This document shows positions 15,363 through 25,642 of a stretch of DNA of 41,325 nt, in pieces. The stretch spans positions 1 to 41,325 of the IMG/VR virus record IMGVR_UViG_3300020045_003191, one strand, 5' to 3'. Both the position numbers and the translations under genes were made by a program. Under the pieces are notes generated by a model that was not told the origin of the DNA, did no database searches, and saw nothing but the letters and a program-made list of their open reading frames with translations. Source of the stretch: a virus. Its lineage: Duplodnaviria > Caudoviricetes. Numbering within the stretch: the first letter of the stretch is position 1; the number at the start of each line of letters is the position of its first letter.

Positions 15363-15520
15363 GTCCGCACGGTTGCGGAAAATGTTACATTTTAGCCATG
15401 CAAAAAAAAAAGACTTGTGGTAAAAATATCATACAACCGCAAACCTTCCAGACTTAAGCGGGTCATTATCCTAGCACATAGCAACTGAGGCAAGGCGGTT
15501 GTTTTTATGGAGAGAGGAAC

Positions 15521-15808
15521 ATGGTACAACACCCATCGCAGATCACACAAGACCTATTCGATGAACTCCAAAAGAAAAATGACAAGTTATTGAGCAAAAA
15601 GGGATTACCGGAATTTAACCGAATCGTTCTGGAAAACCAAACGCTTATGAACATGGTTATTATGAGCGATCATTTACGGGTAGAAGAGATGTATCCATAT
15701 TTCAAGCAGGCAGAAAAAGAATCGAACCGCTGGGAGCCGCGTATATGGGACATCATAAAATCAATCGCCCTGTTACTTGTGGGTGTTGCGATTGCGTCAT
15801 TAAAATAG
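15521..15808 (+). CDS. Small protein with C-terminal membrane anchor
   Basis: Ends IIKSIALLLVGVAIASLK; GAGG RBS. Confidence 0.6.
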   Translation: MVQHPSQITQDLFDELQKKNDKLLSKKGLPEFNRIVLENQTLMNMVIMSDHLRVEEMYPYFKQAEKESNRWEPRIWDIIKSIALLLVGVAIASLK

Positions 15809-15855
15809 TGTAACCAAAAGCGGGGCGATGGCGTCATGGTCTAAACGGAGGCAGA

Positions 15856-16599
15856 TTGCAAAATTGCGATATATGCGGAAAGCGAATGTGGCGAGCGTCG
15901 GCATACTGGACAGATAACCGCCGCTGGTCGCAATGCCGAAACTGTGCGTCATGGCAATTGGAGGTTCCACCGCAAGCCATGAAATTACCTCCCAAGATTT
16001 TATATCTTGATATTGAAGTAGCCCTGATGAAGGTGTATACATACGACCTGTATGTACCCTCCAAGAGACTACGACCTGCTCAGATAGACACGAGAAAATA
16101 TATAATATGCTGGGCGGCGGCATGGTTGAATGGAGAGAATAAAATAGACGGGGGAATACTATCAGACGTAATCACACAACGGGAAACAAAAACACAGAAC
16201 GACAAAAGGGTATGTCAGTCCATCTTTGACTTAATGAATGAGGCTGATTTTATCGTAGGGCATAATAGCGATTCGTTCGACTTGAAAGTATTACGCTGGC
16301 GTTTTCTAAAACACGGCATGGGATTCCCCATCGTGAATAAAACCTTTGACACGTTCAAACTAGCGGGCAAATATACCCGCCCCGAATCAAGAGGACTTGA
16401 GGACTTGTCACTGCAACTAGGCGGGCGTGCAAAGATGGGATTGGACGAACACGAATGGCGTGAGATCGTTGAACAGGGTACGCCGCGCCTATTGGCGAAG
16501 GCTGATAAGTATTGCCGCGGGGATGTGCGGGAAGGCGTACGGGTGTTCAAATATTATGCGGACGCGGTAACATCGGCGGGGGGCAGATTATACCGTTAA
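15856..16599 (+). CDS. DEDD/RNase H-like 3'-5' exonuclease with N-terminal zinc ribbon
   Basis: LYLDIE, IVGHNSDSFD, YCRGDV (Exo I-III); CDIC...CRNC. Confidence 0.85.
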   Translation: MQNCDICGKRMWRASAYWTDNRRWSQCRNCASWQLEVPPQAMKLPPKILYLDIEVALMKVYTYDLYVPSKRLRPAQIDTRKYIICWAAAWLNGENKIDGGILSDVITQRETKTQNDKRVCQSIFDLMNEADFIVGHNSDSFDLKVLRWRFLKHGMGFPIVNKTFDTFKLAGKYTRPESRGLEDLSLQLGGRAKMGLDEHEWREIVEQGTPRLLAKADKYCRGDVREGVRVFKYYADAVTSAGGRLYR

Positions 16600-16617
16600 T
16601 AATGATATAATGCCCGT

Positions 16618-16968
16618 ATGAAGTCTATCCGCTTCCGTGTGTACTTCAACCGCCGCAAACAGTGGTTTGATGTGTTTGTATCAGACAACGCCCGTAGGTT
16701 TATGGCGCGCGATAAATGTTATGCCTATTACCAGCCCGCAAGAGACAGGCGCGCTCGTAAGGGGTTATTCGGTGAGATACACCTATCACGCATGGGTAAC
16801 GGGTTGGTGGCGCATGAATTGTTACACCTACTGATTGACTGGGTACAGTCCGGGCGCGGCGGTGTTATCAATGCCCGTAATGAGGAGAGAATTGTCATCA
16901 TGTTTGGGGAGATGGTGAGGAACTTTTGGCGGTTGTATTATGCAGAGGAAAAGAAGATAACGATATGA
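16618..16968 (+). CDS. Small HExxH metallopeptidase-like protein
   Basis: VAHELLH...NEE. Confidence 0.6.
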   Translation: MKSIRFRVYFNRRKQWFDVFVSDNARRFMARDKCYAYYQPARDRRARKGLFGEIHLSRMGNGLVAHELLHLLIDWVQSGRGGVINARNEERIVIMFGEMVRNFWRLYYAEEKKITI

Positions 16969-16986
16969 CGTGGCAGTAAATTAATA

Positions 16987-17538
16987 ATGGACGAAGTAAT
17001 CCTTAAGCCACTTTCAAAGAAGCACCAAAGAGTACTCAATGAGTACTTATTATGTTTTAATCAGACAAGAGCATATTTGAAGGTTTATCCGAAAATAACC
17101 TACGATTCTGCCAGACAATCATCGGCTAGATTGTTTGCAGATGTCAACTTTTCCGCCCATGTAGTCGCGCGATTGGAAGAGGCGCAAATGAGTGCCGATG
17201 AAGCGTTGAAACTAACCGCCGATATTGCACGCGGCGATGTGGCAAAGTTGATGGATGTATCCAGTGTCGGATTCAACCTTGACATGAGCAAGGCGCAAGA
17301 ATTAGGGTTGACGGGTCTTATAAAAAAGGTAAAACAAAAGACAACCATCTATCAGGCGAAAAAGGAAAGCGAAGAGGATAGGGAGGTAACGGAATTAGAG
17401 ATTGAATTATACGACCGTCAAGCCGCTTTGCGCGACATTCTAAAAATACACGGTAAGTTTGTGGAAATTGTAAAAGGCACGGGCGAGAATGGCGAGATCA
17501 TTATACGTAACATCGGAGTAAACACGGATAAGCTATGA
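16987..17538 (+). CDS. terS: Terminase small subunit
   Basis: LNEYL...NQTRAY...ARQSSARL; IELYDRQAAL...IHGKF; precedes terL. Confidence 0.88.
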   Translation: MDEVILKPLSKKHQRVLNEYLLCFNQTRAYLKVYPKITYDSARQSSARLFADVNFSAHVVARLEEAQMSADEALKLTADIARGDVAKLMDVSSVGFNLDMSKAQELGLTGLIKKVKQKTTIYQAKKESEEDREVTELEIELYDRQAALRDILKIHGKFVEIVKGTGENGEIIIRNIGVNTDKL

Positions 17539-18812
17539 CTTATGTTATCCAGCATACGACCGACCCAAAGATAGCGGACTATATTCCCTACGGCGGGAAC
17601 GAGGAGTTCATGTACTCGCATGAGCCGGAAGTTATCGCAGAGGGCGCGGCGGAAACGGGTAAGACATTGGCGGCTTGCTGGAAGTCGCATTTGCTTTTAA
17701 GCAAGTACGCTGGCGCGCAAGGTGCGCTACTACGCAAGACACAGACAAGCGTATATGGTTCGGTCATTCAGACATACGAGCGAGTAATAAAGGGTTCGCC
17801 CGTTACCAAGTACGGCGGCGAAAAGCCTGAGAAGTACACCTATCCCAACGGCTCAATCCTTTGGGTGGGTGGGATGGATAATAAAGACCGCGTGCTATCA
17901 TCGGAGCGTGATTTTATACAGACGTGCCAAACGGAAGAGTTCAGCCTGGATGATTGGGAATATCTGACAACCCGTACAACGGGACGTAGTGCGGTGGTAC
18001 GCTATCCGCAAATATTCGGTGACTGCAATCCCGGCGGCTCAAAACATTGGATACGACGAAGGAACAGCGATGGACATTTGAAGTTGATTCATACCGTCCA
18101 TAAAGACAACCCGACTTTGTGGGATGGTAGCAACTGGACAGTACAGGGCGAGCGCACATTGTCCCGCCTCTCTGCCTTATCAGGCATACGGCGCAAGCGG
18201 TTATTTGATGGGATATGGGCAACCGCTGAGGGCGCGGTATACGATATGTTTGATAGTGCCGTACACGTCAAGCAACGTGACCCGGCTGATATGAAGCAAT
18301 GGTACTTGGCGGTTGACGAAGGATACACAAACCCGGCTGTAATCCTGTTGATTGGAGAGGATGCGGACGGACGGCGGCATGTGTTTCAGGAATACTATGA
18401 GCGCGGCAAATTGCAAAGCGCGGTTGTAGCTGTAGCATTGGGCTTTTGCGAGTGGGTCGTAACTACTACAGGGTTATCAGTTTCACTTGCGGCGGTTGAC
18501 GCGGCGGCGGCTGGGTTGGTTGCTGAATTGGTTGACGCTGGCGTTCCTGCGATTGGCGCAAAGGGGCGGGTACTGGACGGCATACAGCGTATGCAGGACA
18601 GACTCAAGGTACAATCAGACGGACTACCTAGAGAATCAATTGACCCGTCATGTGTAAATCATATCAACGAGTATGAGTCATACGTGTGGAAGAAAACAAA
18701 CGCAACAGGGATTGCGAAGGACGAACCGCAAAAAGAGGACGATCACTCTATGGACGCGCGGCGATACTTGGAGGACGCATTAGGGGATGCGCCTACATGG
18801 TCATTTATATAG
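17535..18812 (+). CDS. terL: Terminase large subunit (PBSX-like)
   Basis: Walker A GAAETGKT, DCNPG, DEGYTNP, DDHSMDARRY. Confidence 0.95.
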   Translation: MTYVIQHTTDPKIADYIPYGGNEEFMYSHEPEVIAEGAAETGKTLAACWKSHLLLSKYAGAQGALLRKTQTSVYGSVIQTYERVIKGSPVTKYGGEKPEKYTYPNGSILWVGGMDNKDRVLSSERDFIQTCQTEEFSLDDWEYLTTRTTGRSAVVRYPQIFGDCNPGGSKHWIRRRNSDGHLKLIHTVHKDNPTLWDGSNWTVQGERTLSRLSALSGIRRKRLFDGIWATAEGAVYDMFDSAVHVKQRDPADMKQWYLAVDEGYTNPAVILLIGEDADGRRHVFQEYYERGKLQSAVVAVALGFCEWVVTTTGLSVSLAAVDAAAAGLVAELVDAGVPAIGAKGRVLDGIQRMQDRLKVQSDGLPRESIDPSCVNHINEYESYVWKKTNATGIAKDEPQKEDDHSMDARRYLEDALGDAPTWSFI

Positions 18813-18822
18813 TGAGGTAATC

Positions 18823-20961
18823 ATGCAGACAAGATTTGTAATGACAGACGGCGCAAAATCGGTAGGGATGCTATCCAGCAACGACCCGTCTATTTGGAAC
18901 TTCTTTTCAGGCGCGCCGCAATCATCGAAGGTTGTTTTATATTCCTACGTTGCCGCGGTGTATCGTGCCTATAATCTATTTGCTGATACCGTTGGTTCTT
19001 TGCCGTTTGCGCTGTATAGCCTGAATGGTAAAGACGAATACGACTCATCTGAGAACTGGGAAAACAAAGTTGGCTTTTTACCCAACCCCTCCGAACTATG
19101 GCGGCTGGATACCCTGTCATATATTGACAGTAACACGGTATACAATTTGCGGACATCGGATGTAATAGGATACAAAACGAAGGGCTTATACTTTGCCGTG
19201 CCTACCACGTTTTACCCGGTAACGAACGCAAGCGGGCAGTTGGACTATATCGAAAGGCGGGTAAATGGTTCGCCTGAAAGATACGAGACAGATGATAAAC
19301 GACTTGTCCGCATGTGGCGCAAAGATCATACTACAGAGGTACTCCCATCCCCTAACACCATCGCACAGGCAATCCAGCATTCAGCGGAGCAGGTGTTATA
19401 TACTGACTCATGGATAACGCACTACTACCAGCGCGGCGGTATCAAGCCCACGCTCATCGCCATGAAAGGACTGGTACAAAAGGAAAAGGGAGAGGAAGCC
19501 GAAAAGACATTTACTCAATGGTTGCGCGGACTGGGTAAATACTTCGGGAACATAGCCAAGATATACAACGCTGAGACAATGGACATCAAAGCGTTTGGCG
19601 ATGGCGTGGCAGAGTTGAAGGATAACGGGGTGTATAGGCAGGCGCTGGAGAATATAGCAATCGGCGCGGGCTTGCCATTGTCCCTGTTGTTATCCAATAG
19701 TGCGAACTATGCAACCGCCTCCACAGAGGAAAGGCAGTGGTACAAAAACACCATTACGCCCTTTAGTCGCTGGCTGGCGTATGGATATAATGAGCAGGTG
19801 TTTCACCCGATGGGGTTACACCTAAAATATAACATGGCGACAATGGACAGCCAACAGGAAGAGGACGCACAGAACGCGGCAACGGCAAAAGTTATCAATG
19901 ACCTGCTGTTACAATGTCCCACGTATGAACTATTCGAGGCGATTTCTAAAAGCTATGTTGAAGTCAGTGACGAATTATTAGTTGCCGCAAAGCAATACTA
20001 CACAGACAAGGCGAAGCAAGCCGCGCCCGTTGTTGTCAATACGCAACCCGATACCGCACAACCGAAGCCGGGAACAGAGACAGAGGAAATACCTGTTGGC
20101 ACTGAAAAGAATGACACAAAGGCTATTGGAGAAAATGATACAAGTGCCATGATTGCCTTGCGAATTCCCGACGTAATTAGGGCGGAGATAAAAGAAAAGT
20201 ACCCGTTTGTGGACAGTGAGACTCTAAGTGATTTACATATTACACTTGCGCATCTTGGCGATAATCGAACGATAGACAAATTGGACGTTGTAAGGGCTGT
20301 CTCTGAAATGGGTAAATATCAATTCCCCATAAAGGGAAAGTTACAGGGGCTGGCGCGCTTTGCTAATGGGCGGGACGTTGACCCGCTTGTAATGACATTC
20401 GATAGCCCACAGATGCCCGGTGTGTATAGTGTGTTGTGTAGCTTCTTGGATAGTTATCACATCCCTTATCATAAAGAGCACGGCTTCATTCCGCACATGA
20501 CGCTTGCCTACATACCAAAAGACGCCGAAATGCCCATTGATAGTATAGAGCCAATTGAGATTAACTTCTCTGATATTTATTATGTAGATAGTAATGTTTG
20601 GTATTCTGTTCAATTGGTTGGGTATGAAAACAAAAATACCAAATGGACACCCTCACTGGATGAGCTGGACGAACTGCGAATCTGGCGTGAGGTTGCTTTA
20701 CGCCGTCACAAAAAGGGCGAGAGCCTGGACTTTGAATATCAGCCACATCATGGCGGACTGCCTGAAAGTGTGACGGCTGATATAAAGGCGCGGCTGATAG
20801 ATGCGGTGGATAATGATACAATCAAGGCGGTGTTTGTTGTTAATCAATCGGTTGTAAAAGATAAGCCAAAACCAGACACAGACATAAAATCACTGGCAAA
20901 CGCTATTAATAAATATGCGGACGTGTTGAATAAAACAAAACAGTTAACGGCTACGACGTGA
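18823..20961 (+). CDS. Portal protein with a fused 2H-phosphoesterase domain
   Basis: Follows terL; YYQRGG, SANYATA portal motifs; HITL and HMTL motifs at 20236 and 20494. Confidence 0.85.
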   Translation: MQTRFVMTDGAKSVGMLSSNDPSIWNFFSGAPQSSKVVLYSYVAAVYRAYNLFADTVGSLPFALYSLNGKDEYDSSENWENKVGFLPNPSELWRLDTLSYIDSNTVYNLRTSDVIGYKTKGLYFAVPTTFYPVTNASGQLDYIERRVNGSPERYETDDKRLVRMWRKDHTTEVLPSPNTIAQAIQHSAEQVLYTDSWITHYYQRGGIKPTLIAMKGLVQKEKGEEAEKTFTQWLRGLGKYFGNIAKIYNAETMDIKAFGDGVAELKDNGVYRQALENIAIGAGLPLSLLLSNSANYATASTEERQWYKNTITPFSRWLAYGYNEQVFHPMGLHLKYNMATMDSQQEEDAQNAATAKVINDLLLQCPTYELFEAISKSYVEVSDELLVAAKQYYTDKAKQAAPVVVNTQPDTAQPKPGTETEEIPVGTEKNDTKAIGENDTSAMIALRIPDVIRAEIKEKYPFVDSETLSDLHITLAHLGDNRTIDKLDVVRAVSEMGKYQFPIKGKLQGLARFANGRDVDPLVMTFDSPQMPGVYSVLCSFLDSYHIPYHKEHGFIPHMTLAYIPKDAEMPIDSIEPIEINFSDIYYVDSNVWYSVQLVGYENKNTKWTPSLDELDELRIWREVALRRHKKGESLDFEYQPHHGGLPESVTADIKARLIDAVDNDTIKAVFVVNQSVVKDKPKPDTDIKSLANAINKYADVLNKTKQLTATT

Positions 20962-21659
20962 ACACAAATATTATCCGCTCTCTTGTAAAGAATATCCCCG
21001 AACTTATGCCGCATTTAACGGACAAGGTGCGTTGGATATTCCACGCACAAGGCGGAGAGTATAAGACATACGATTACTTTTTGAACAATCTTACCCGGCT
21101 TATACAATCAGTGTATGACGGCAACTTAGGCGGCGGCTTTATAGATACTATGGCAAACCTGATAAGCGGGCAATTAACACAAGCATTTGAACAGGCGTGG
21201 AGCGACGAAGAGGGCGAAGGCGGACTACCTGATTATCTATCATCCGCGCTTGAGGATATGATACTCGGACAGTACGATCATGTAGACCAGTTTTATCGCG
21301 ACATTGTAGACGCACGGGTAGACCAAACACCCATTGACCCACTACTCGCCCGCGCTCCATTATGGGCGCAAAGATGGATAGAGGCATATAATCAGGCGGT
21401 TGCTTTGATTACAACAGAGAATGGTGGTAATCTTATATGGCAATTAGGAGAGACAGAGCAACACTGTGCCTCTTGTTCTACCTTGAACGGGATTGTAGCG
21501 CGTGCGTCCGAGTGGGAAGAGTTGGGAGTACGCCCGCAAGGCGCGCCGAATGCGTTGCTTGAATGCGACGGCTGGCATTGTGACTGCTCGCTCTCTGCTA
21601 CAGACAAGAGGCGAAGCCCGAAGGCTTATGAGAGTATAATGAATGCGGTGAATAAATAA
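20958..21659 (+). CDS. Head morphogenesis (MuF/gp7-like) protein
   Basis: W...HCASCSTLNG...CDGWHCDCSL; position after the portal. Confidence 0.7.
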   Translation: MNTNIIRSLVKNIPELMPHLTDKVRWIFHAQGGEYKTYDYFLNNLTRLIQSVYDGNLGGGFIDTMANLISGQLTQAFEQAWSDEEGEGGLPDYLSSALEDMILGQYDHVDQFYRDIVDARVDQTPIDPLLARAPLWAQRWIEAYNQAVALITTENGGNLIWQLGETEQHCASCSTLNGIVARASEWEELGVRPQGAPNALLECDGWHCDCSLSATDKRRSPKAYESIMNAVNK

Positions 21660-22135
21660 TGCCTGTTCAATTATCAATACACACGGTTGGCGCGGATTTG
21701 GTACGTAAAGGGCTGGAGGATATTGACGCGCAAATCCCACAGATCGGAAGGCAGAGAATATATGATGCGCTTGTGCGTGCGCGTACCCGCTTGCGTGCGC
21801 CTGTGTCCAGACCGTCACATCCTATCCATTGGGACAGTGAGAGACAGCGGCGGGCGTTCTTTGCTAGTGATGGATTTGGGCGCGGTATCCCGTCACGGCG
21901 GACAGGGCGTTATCAAAGAGGTTGGGAGTTGGTGCGCTTGGGCAATGGATACCGCATGGAGAACGCCGCCGATCATGCTAAATATCTGGGCGGTAGTTAT
22001 GAGGGCGGCGGGCAGTCCAGTATTCACGCCTCACGCTATCCGTTATTTCAGCAGGTGGTAGAGGATGAGATACAAGAGTTACCACCCGAAATTGAACAGT
22101 ACATCACATATTACGCGAGAAATAGAGGTTTTTGA
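21659..22135 (+). CDS. Putative HK97 gp10-like virion morphogenesis protein
   Basis: RRTGRYQRGW...ENAADHAKYL pattern; position. Confidence 0.5.
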   Translation: MPVQLSIHTVGADLVRKGLEDIDAQIPQIGRQRIYDALVRARTRLRAPVSRPSHPIHWDSERQRRAFFASDGFGRGIPSRRTGRYQRGWELVRLGNGYRMENAADHAKYLGGSYEGGGQSSIHASRYPLFQQVVEDEIQELPPEIEQYITYYARNRGF

Positions 22136-22389
22136 TGTTTTATGCTATCTCAACATCACCCGATACTGTGATTGTTTATCGTTGGTCAACCGAACTTCCA
22201 ACACAAGAGGGGTGGTATTGGTGTAAAAATACGAGATATACATTATCCCCTGTTGCTGTTTTTCATGTTGTTAATAGCCATGATGGTTTACGCATTGCAT
22301 TTGATGACAAAAGTTTATTGTTATCAGAGCAGAATTTTATCACCCACTGGCTCGGTGTGATTCCTGTACCAGACTTGCCAGATTTATGA
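22132..22389 (+). CDS. Hypothetical protein (moron-like)
   Basis: WSTELPTQEGWYW...THWLG.IP.P; AT-rich. Confidence 0.5.
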   Translation: MMFYAISTSPDTVIVYRWSTELPTQEGWYWCKNTRYTLSPVAVFHVVNSHDGLRIAFDDKSLLLSEQNFITHWLGVIPVPDLPDL

Positions 22390-22471
22390 TACAATGTAAA
22401 AAATAAATAATAACTAGGCGAGCGGCATAACCGCAACCGATGTTATAAATCAGCCACATTAGAATCTAAGA

Positions 22472-22520
22472 CGCTGAGTTGCCCTGAATGTATCAGGCGC
22501 AATTCGGCGTCTTTTTGTTT
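22472..22520 (+). terminator. Long hairpin with U-tract upstream of the endonuclease/capsid genes
   Basis: AGACGCTGAGTTGC-CCTGA...TCAGG-CGCAATTCGGCGTCT-TTTTGTTT. Confidence 0.55.
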
Positions 22521-22529
22521 GAGGTGAGT

Positions 22530-23201
22530 ATGCTGAATACTGGAATATATGAAATAAGAAATATAAAAACCAATGATTTCTATATTGGTAGTGCTTCCAG
22601 CTTGAAGGACAGGAAAAGGCAACATTTTACGGCACTGAGATTAGGAGACCATCACAATACGCATTTACAAAACTCGTACAACAAACATGGTTTGAATAGT
22701 TTTGTTTTCAAGATACTGACCTATTGCAATAAAGATATGCTTATTTATTTTGAACAAAGATTTATTGACTTCATGAAGCCAACGTATAACAAGAGGCTCG
22801 TAGCTGAAAGCAACATAGGAATAAAGCGGTCTGATGAAGCCCGTAAGAATATTAGTGAAGCACATAAAGGGATTAAGTATTTACTTTCAGACGAAAGGCG
22901 TAAGGAATTACGGGACAGTATGCTTGGAAATGTTTTTGCAAAAGCAATTATTTACACGGACGAATTAAGAGAAAAGAAACGTTTGTCAATGCTAGGTAAG
23001 AATAAAGGGAAGATACCAACTGATGAAACGAGAAAGAAGTGGAGTGATATTAGAAAAGGTAAAAAACAATCTGAAATCACAAAGCAAAAAAGAAGTATTT
23101 CTATGACCGGCAAGAAGTACTCAGAAGAAACAAGGAAAAAGATGAGCGAAGCAAAAAAGAAATTCTATGCAATACTTCGCGGAGAAATAAAAGATGAGTG
23201 A
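22530..23201 (+). CDS. GIY-YIG homing endonuclease with NUMOD3-type repeats
   Basis: GIYEIRN...FYIGSA...R...H; SEETRKKMSEAKK-type repeats; AT-rich. Confidence 0.93.
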   Translation: MLNTGIYEIRNIKTNDFYIGSASSLKDRKRQHFTALRLGDHHNTHLQNSYNKHGLNSFVFKILTYCNKDMLIYFEQRFIDFMKPTYNKRLVAESNIGIKRSDEARKNISEAHKGIKYLLSDERRKELRDSMLGNVFAKAIIYTDELREKKRLSMLGKNKGKIPTDETRKKWSDIRKGKKQSEITKQKRSISMTGKKYSEETRKKMSEAKKKFYAILRGEIKDE

Positions 23202-25116
23202 AGAAATTAAGGTTGGCGCAAGGCATAACTCTTTGGATACGAACTCTTTACAAACAGCACACGATGCCATAGTGTCTGCTGGCGCAACGTGTATCCCTGC
23301 AAAATTTGTTAATTACAGTGTCGAGAATGGTGCAATTTGCAAAGATGGAAAGGCGTTAGAGCCTGATGAAATCATGGTGTTTTTGGGTAGCGAAGTCAAG
23401 GCGTTGGGTGACGGGAAGGTAGCCGGGTTATTGGTACGTCATTCAACACAGACCGACCCGGATTTGACTGATGATTACTTCGATGCAAAGACAGAGATAT
23501 ATCACGCTGACACTTTGCCCGTTTTGTATCAACACGGCATGGATAAGCAATTCGGTAAACGGGTCATCGGCACAGCCAAAGCGAAACGCGATGAGGTAGG
23601 GGTATGGCTCGAGGCACAACTTAACTTGCGTGATGATTATGAAAAAGCGTTATACGCGTTGGCTGAAAAGGGAAAGCTCGGATGGTCAAGCGGTGCGGTA
23701 TCTCATTTGGTAGAGCGTGAATTATCGGATAACGGCAAAGCCTACCACATCAAATCATGGTTTATCGGTGAGGCGAGTTTGACACCCACGCCCGCCGAAC
23801 CAAGAAACATGGTGTCACTGAAATCATGGATAACACCCGAAGCGGTAATCACCGATAAGAGTGATGAAGTAGTACAAACTAAAACAGGAGAAAATATTAT
23901 GGACAAAGATGAAATGAAGGCTTTGTTTGACGAACAGAAAACGGCAATCACCGAACTCGTTAAAACAGAAGCCGAATCCGCCGCACAAAAAGCGGTTGAT
24001 AATGTTCTGGACAAACTGCCAGAAGTCAAAGCCAAGATGAACGCAACTGTACAGGTGGTTGAAGCCGCCGAAGATCGCCCGTTCAAATCATTGGGCGAAC
24101 AATTGATAGCCGTTGCAAACGCAACGAAGAATGGTCAAATCCATGACCGCATCCGCGGCTTGAAAGCATACGAGACGAAAGCCGCTCTCGGAAGCAACGA
24201 AGCGATTCCGTCGCAGGGCGAGTTCCTTTTGGAACCCACCATCACGCAAACGCTGTTGCAGAATATTCACGAGCAGGGCGTATTTACACAGGATGTACAA
24301 AAACTTCCTGTCGGACCAAACTCAAATAGCGGTTGGATTCCCGGTGTTGATGAAACCTCCCGCGCCGCTGGCTCGCGCTGGGGCGGGGTGCGTGGTTATC
24401 ACGCCGCCGAAGCCGCAAGCATGACAGCCTCACAGCCGAAGTTCCGCAAAATTAACTGGGAGCTTCATAAGACCTACGTTTTGCAATATGCCAGTGATGA
24501 ACTGCTGAATGACGTTGGTTTGATGAACGCCATTATCCAGAAATCCAGCATGGAGGAACTTGACTTCCTTGCGAACTATGATGCACTCTTGGGTATCGGT
24601 GGAGATCGCCCGGTCGGTGTACTGCTTTCCAGCGCGTTGATTTCAATTTCACGCGCGGCAACGACTGCCATTGCTCATGCTGACATTGTGGGCATGTGGG
24701 CGCGTATGCTCCCCCGCTCAAAGGCAAAGGCGAAGTGGTACATCTCATCCGATGTACACGCACAGCTTGACCAATTGACCTTTACCAGCGGCTCGACTGG
24801 AATCCTCTCGCCCTATATTGGCTATGGTCAAGATGGTGTGATGCGGATTTATGGTCGCCCTGTTGTAGAGACCGAGTTTAACCCCGCTTTGGGTACATTG
24901 GGCGACATCCTGCTCGCGGATATGTCCGAATACCTGTGGTGGGAAAAGAACGCCGTGGAAGCCGCGTCGAGTATTCACGTTCAATTCTTGACCGACCAGA
25001 CCGCGTTCCGTTACGTGTATCGCAACGACGGACAAACCGCGCTGGCGTCCGCAATCACCCCCGCCAATGGCGGAGCCACACAAAGCCCGTTCGTCGCCTT
25101 GCTCGCGACCACCTAA
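23194..25116 (+). CDS. Prohead protease in frame with HK97-fold major capsid protein (internal start at 23899)
   Basis: PVLYQHG, GWSSG, EASLTPTPAEPR; capsid motifs SDELLND, IYGRPVV, FLTDQTAFR...RNDG. Confidence 0.9.
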   Translation: MSEEIKVGARHNSLDTNSLQTAHDAIVSAGATCIPAKFVNYSVENGAICKDGKALEPDEIMVFLGSEVKALGDGKVAGLLVRHSTQTDPDLTDDYFDAKTEIYHADTLPVLYQHGMDKQFGKRVIGTAKAKRDEVGVWLEAQLNLRDDYEKALYALAEKGKLGWSSGAVSHLVERELSDNGKAYHIKSWFIGEASLTPTPAEPRNMVSLKSWITPEAVITDKSDEVVQTKTGENIMDKDEMKALFDEQKTAITELVKTEAESAAQKAVDNVLDKLPEVKAKMNATVQVVEAAEDRPFKSLGEQLIAVANATKNGQIHDRIRGLKAYETKAALGSNEAIPSQGEFLLEPTITQTLLQNIHEQGVFTQDVQKLPVGPNSNSGWIPGVDETSRAAGSRWGGVRGYHAAEAASMTASQPKFRKINWELHKTYVLQYASDELLNDVGLMNAIIQKSSMEELDFLANYDALLGIGGDRPVGVLLSSALISISRAATTAIAHADIVGMWARMLPRSKAKAKWYISSDVHAQLDQLTFTSGSTGILSPYIGYGQDGVMRIYGRPVVETEFNPALGTLGDILLADMSEYLWWEKNAVEAASSIHVQFLTDQTAFRYVYRNDGQTALASAITPANGGATQSPFVALLATT

Positions 25117-25130
25117 TAGGAGAGTGAAAA

Positions 25131-25631
25131 ATGCCTAAATTAAACATGGCTGAGGAAATCCAAGTAGTCCCCGTTTTGACGGTTGCTGATATTGTGGCAA
25201 CTGCTACGGTGACGAAATACGTTAACACTGGCAAAGTTGGTTCAGGGCAACTTGAAATCGAAATCAACTTTGGAGCAATTGCATCCACCGATTCAACTGG
25301 TGAAGTGGTTGTTACCGTTGAGGCTAACGATGTGAATGATACATCCTCATCGGACAACAACGAAGGCGCAATTGCTGGATACTATCGTCTGTCCGCCGCT
25401 GTTGGTACTGACACGATGGGCGCGTTGACAGCGTTCACATCTTCGGGTGTGGCGGTTATCAATACCAGCGACAACACAACGCTTTTGCTTTACGTTGACC
25501 CGGCAATCGCCGCAAAGAAATTTGTCCGCGCGGTGATTACTCCGACGGCTGAGATCACGTCAACTCTGGTTAATGCGGTTGCCCGCTTTATTCCACGCAA
25601 GGCGCAAGCCTCGCAGAGTTCGTCAACCTAG
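25131..25631 (+). CDS. Putative capsid decoration/cement protein
   Basis: Follows the capsid gene; beta-rich; KFVRAVIT. Confidence 0.55.
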   Translation: MPKLNMAEEIQVVPVLTVADIVATATVTKYVNTGKVGSGQLEIEINFGAIASTDSTGEVVVTVEANDVNDTSSSDNNEGAIAGYYRLSAAVGTDTMGALTAFTSSGVAVINTSDNTTLLLYVDPAIAAKKFVRAVITPTAEITSTLVNAVARFIPRKAQASQSSST

Positions 25632-25642
25632 TAACATAATAA

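Noticed and set aside
22400-23201. Group I intron housing the GIY-YIG gene
   Set aside because: Flanking genes appear intact, the ORF overlaps the next start, and no intron core was recognised
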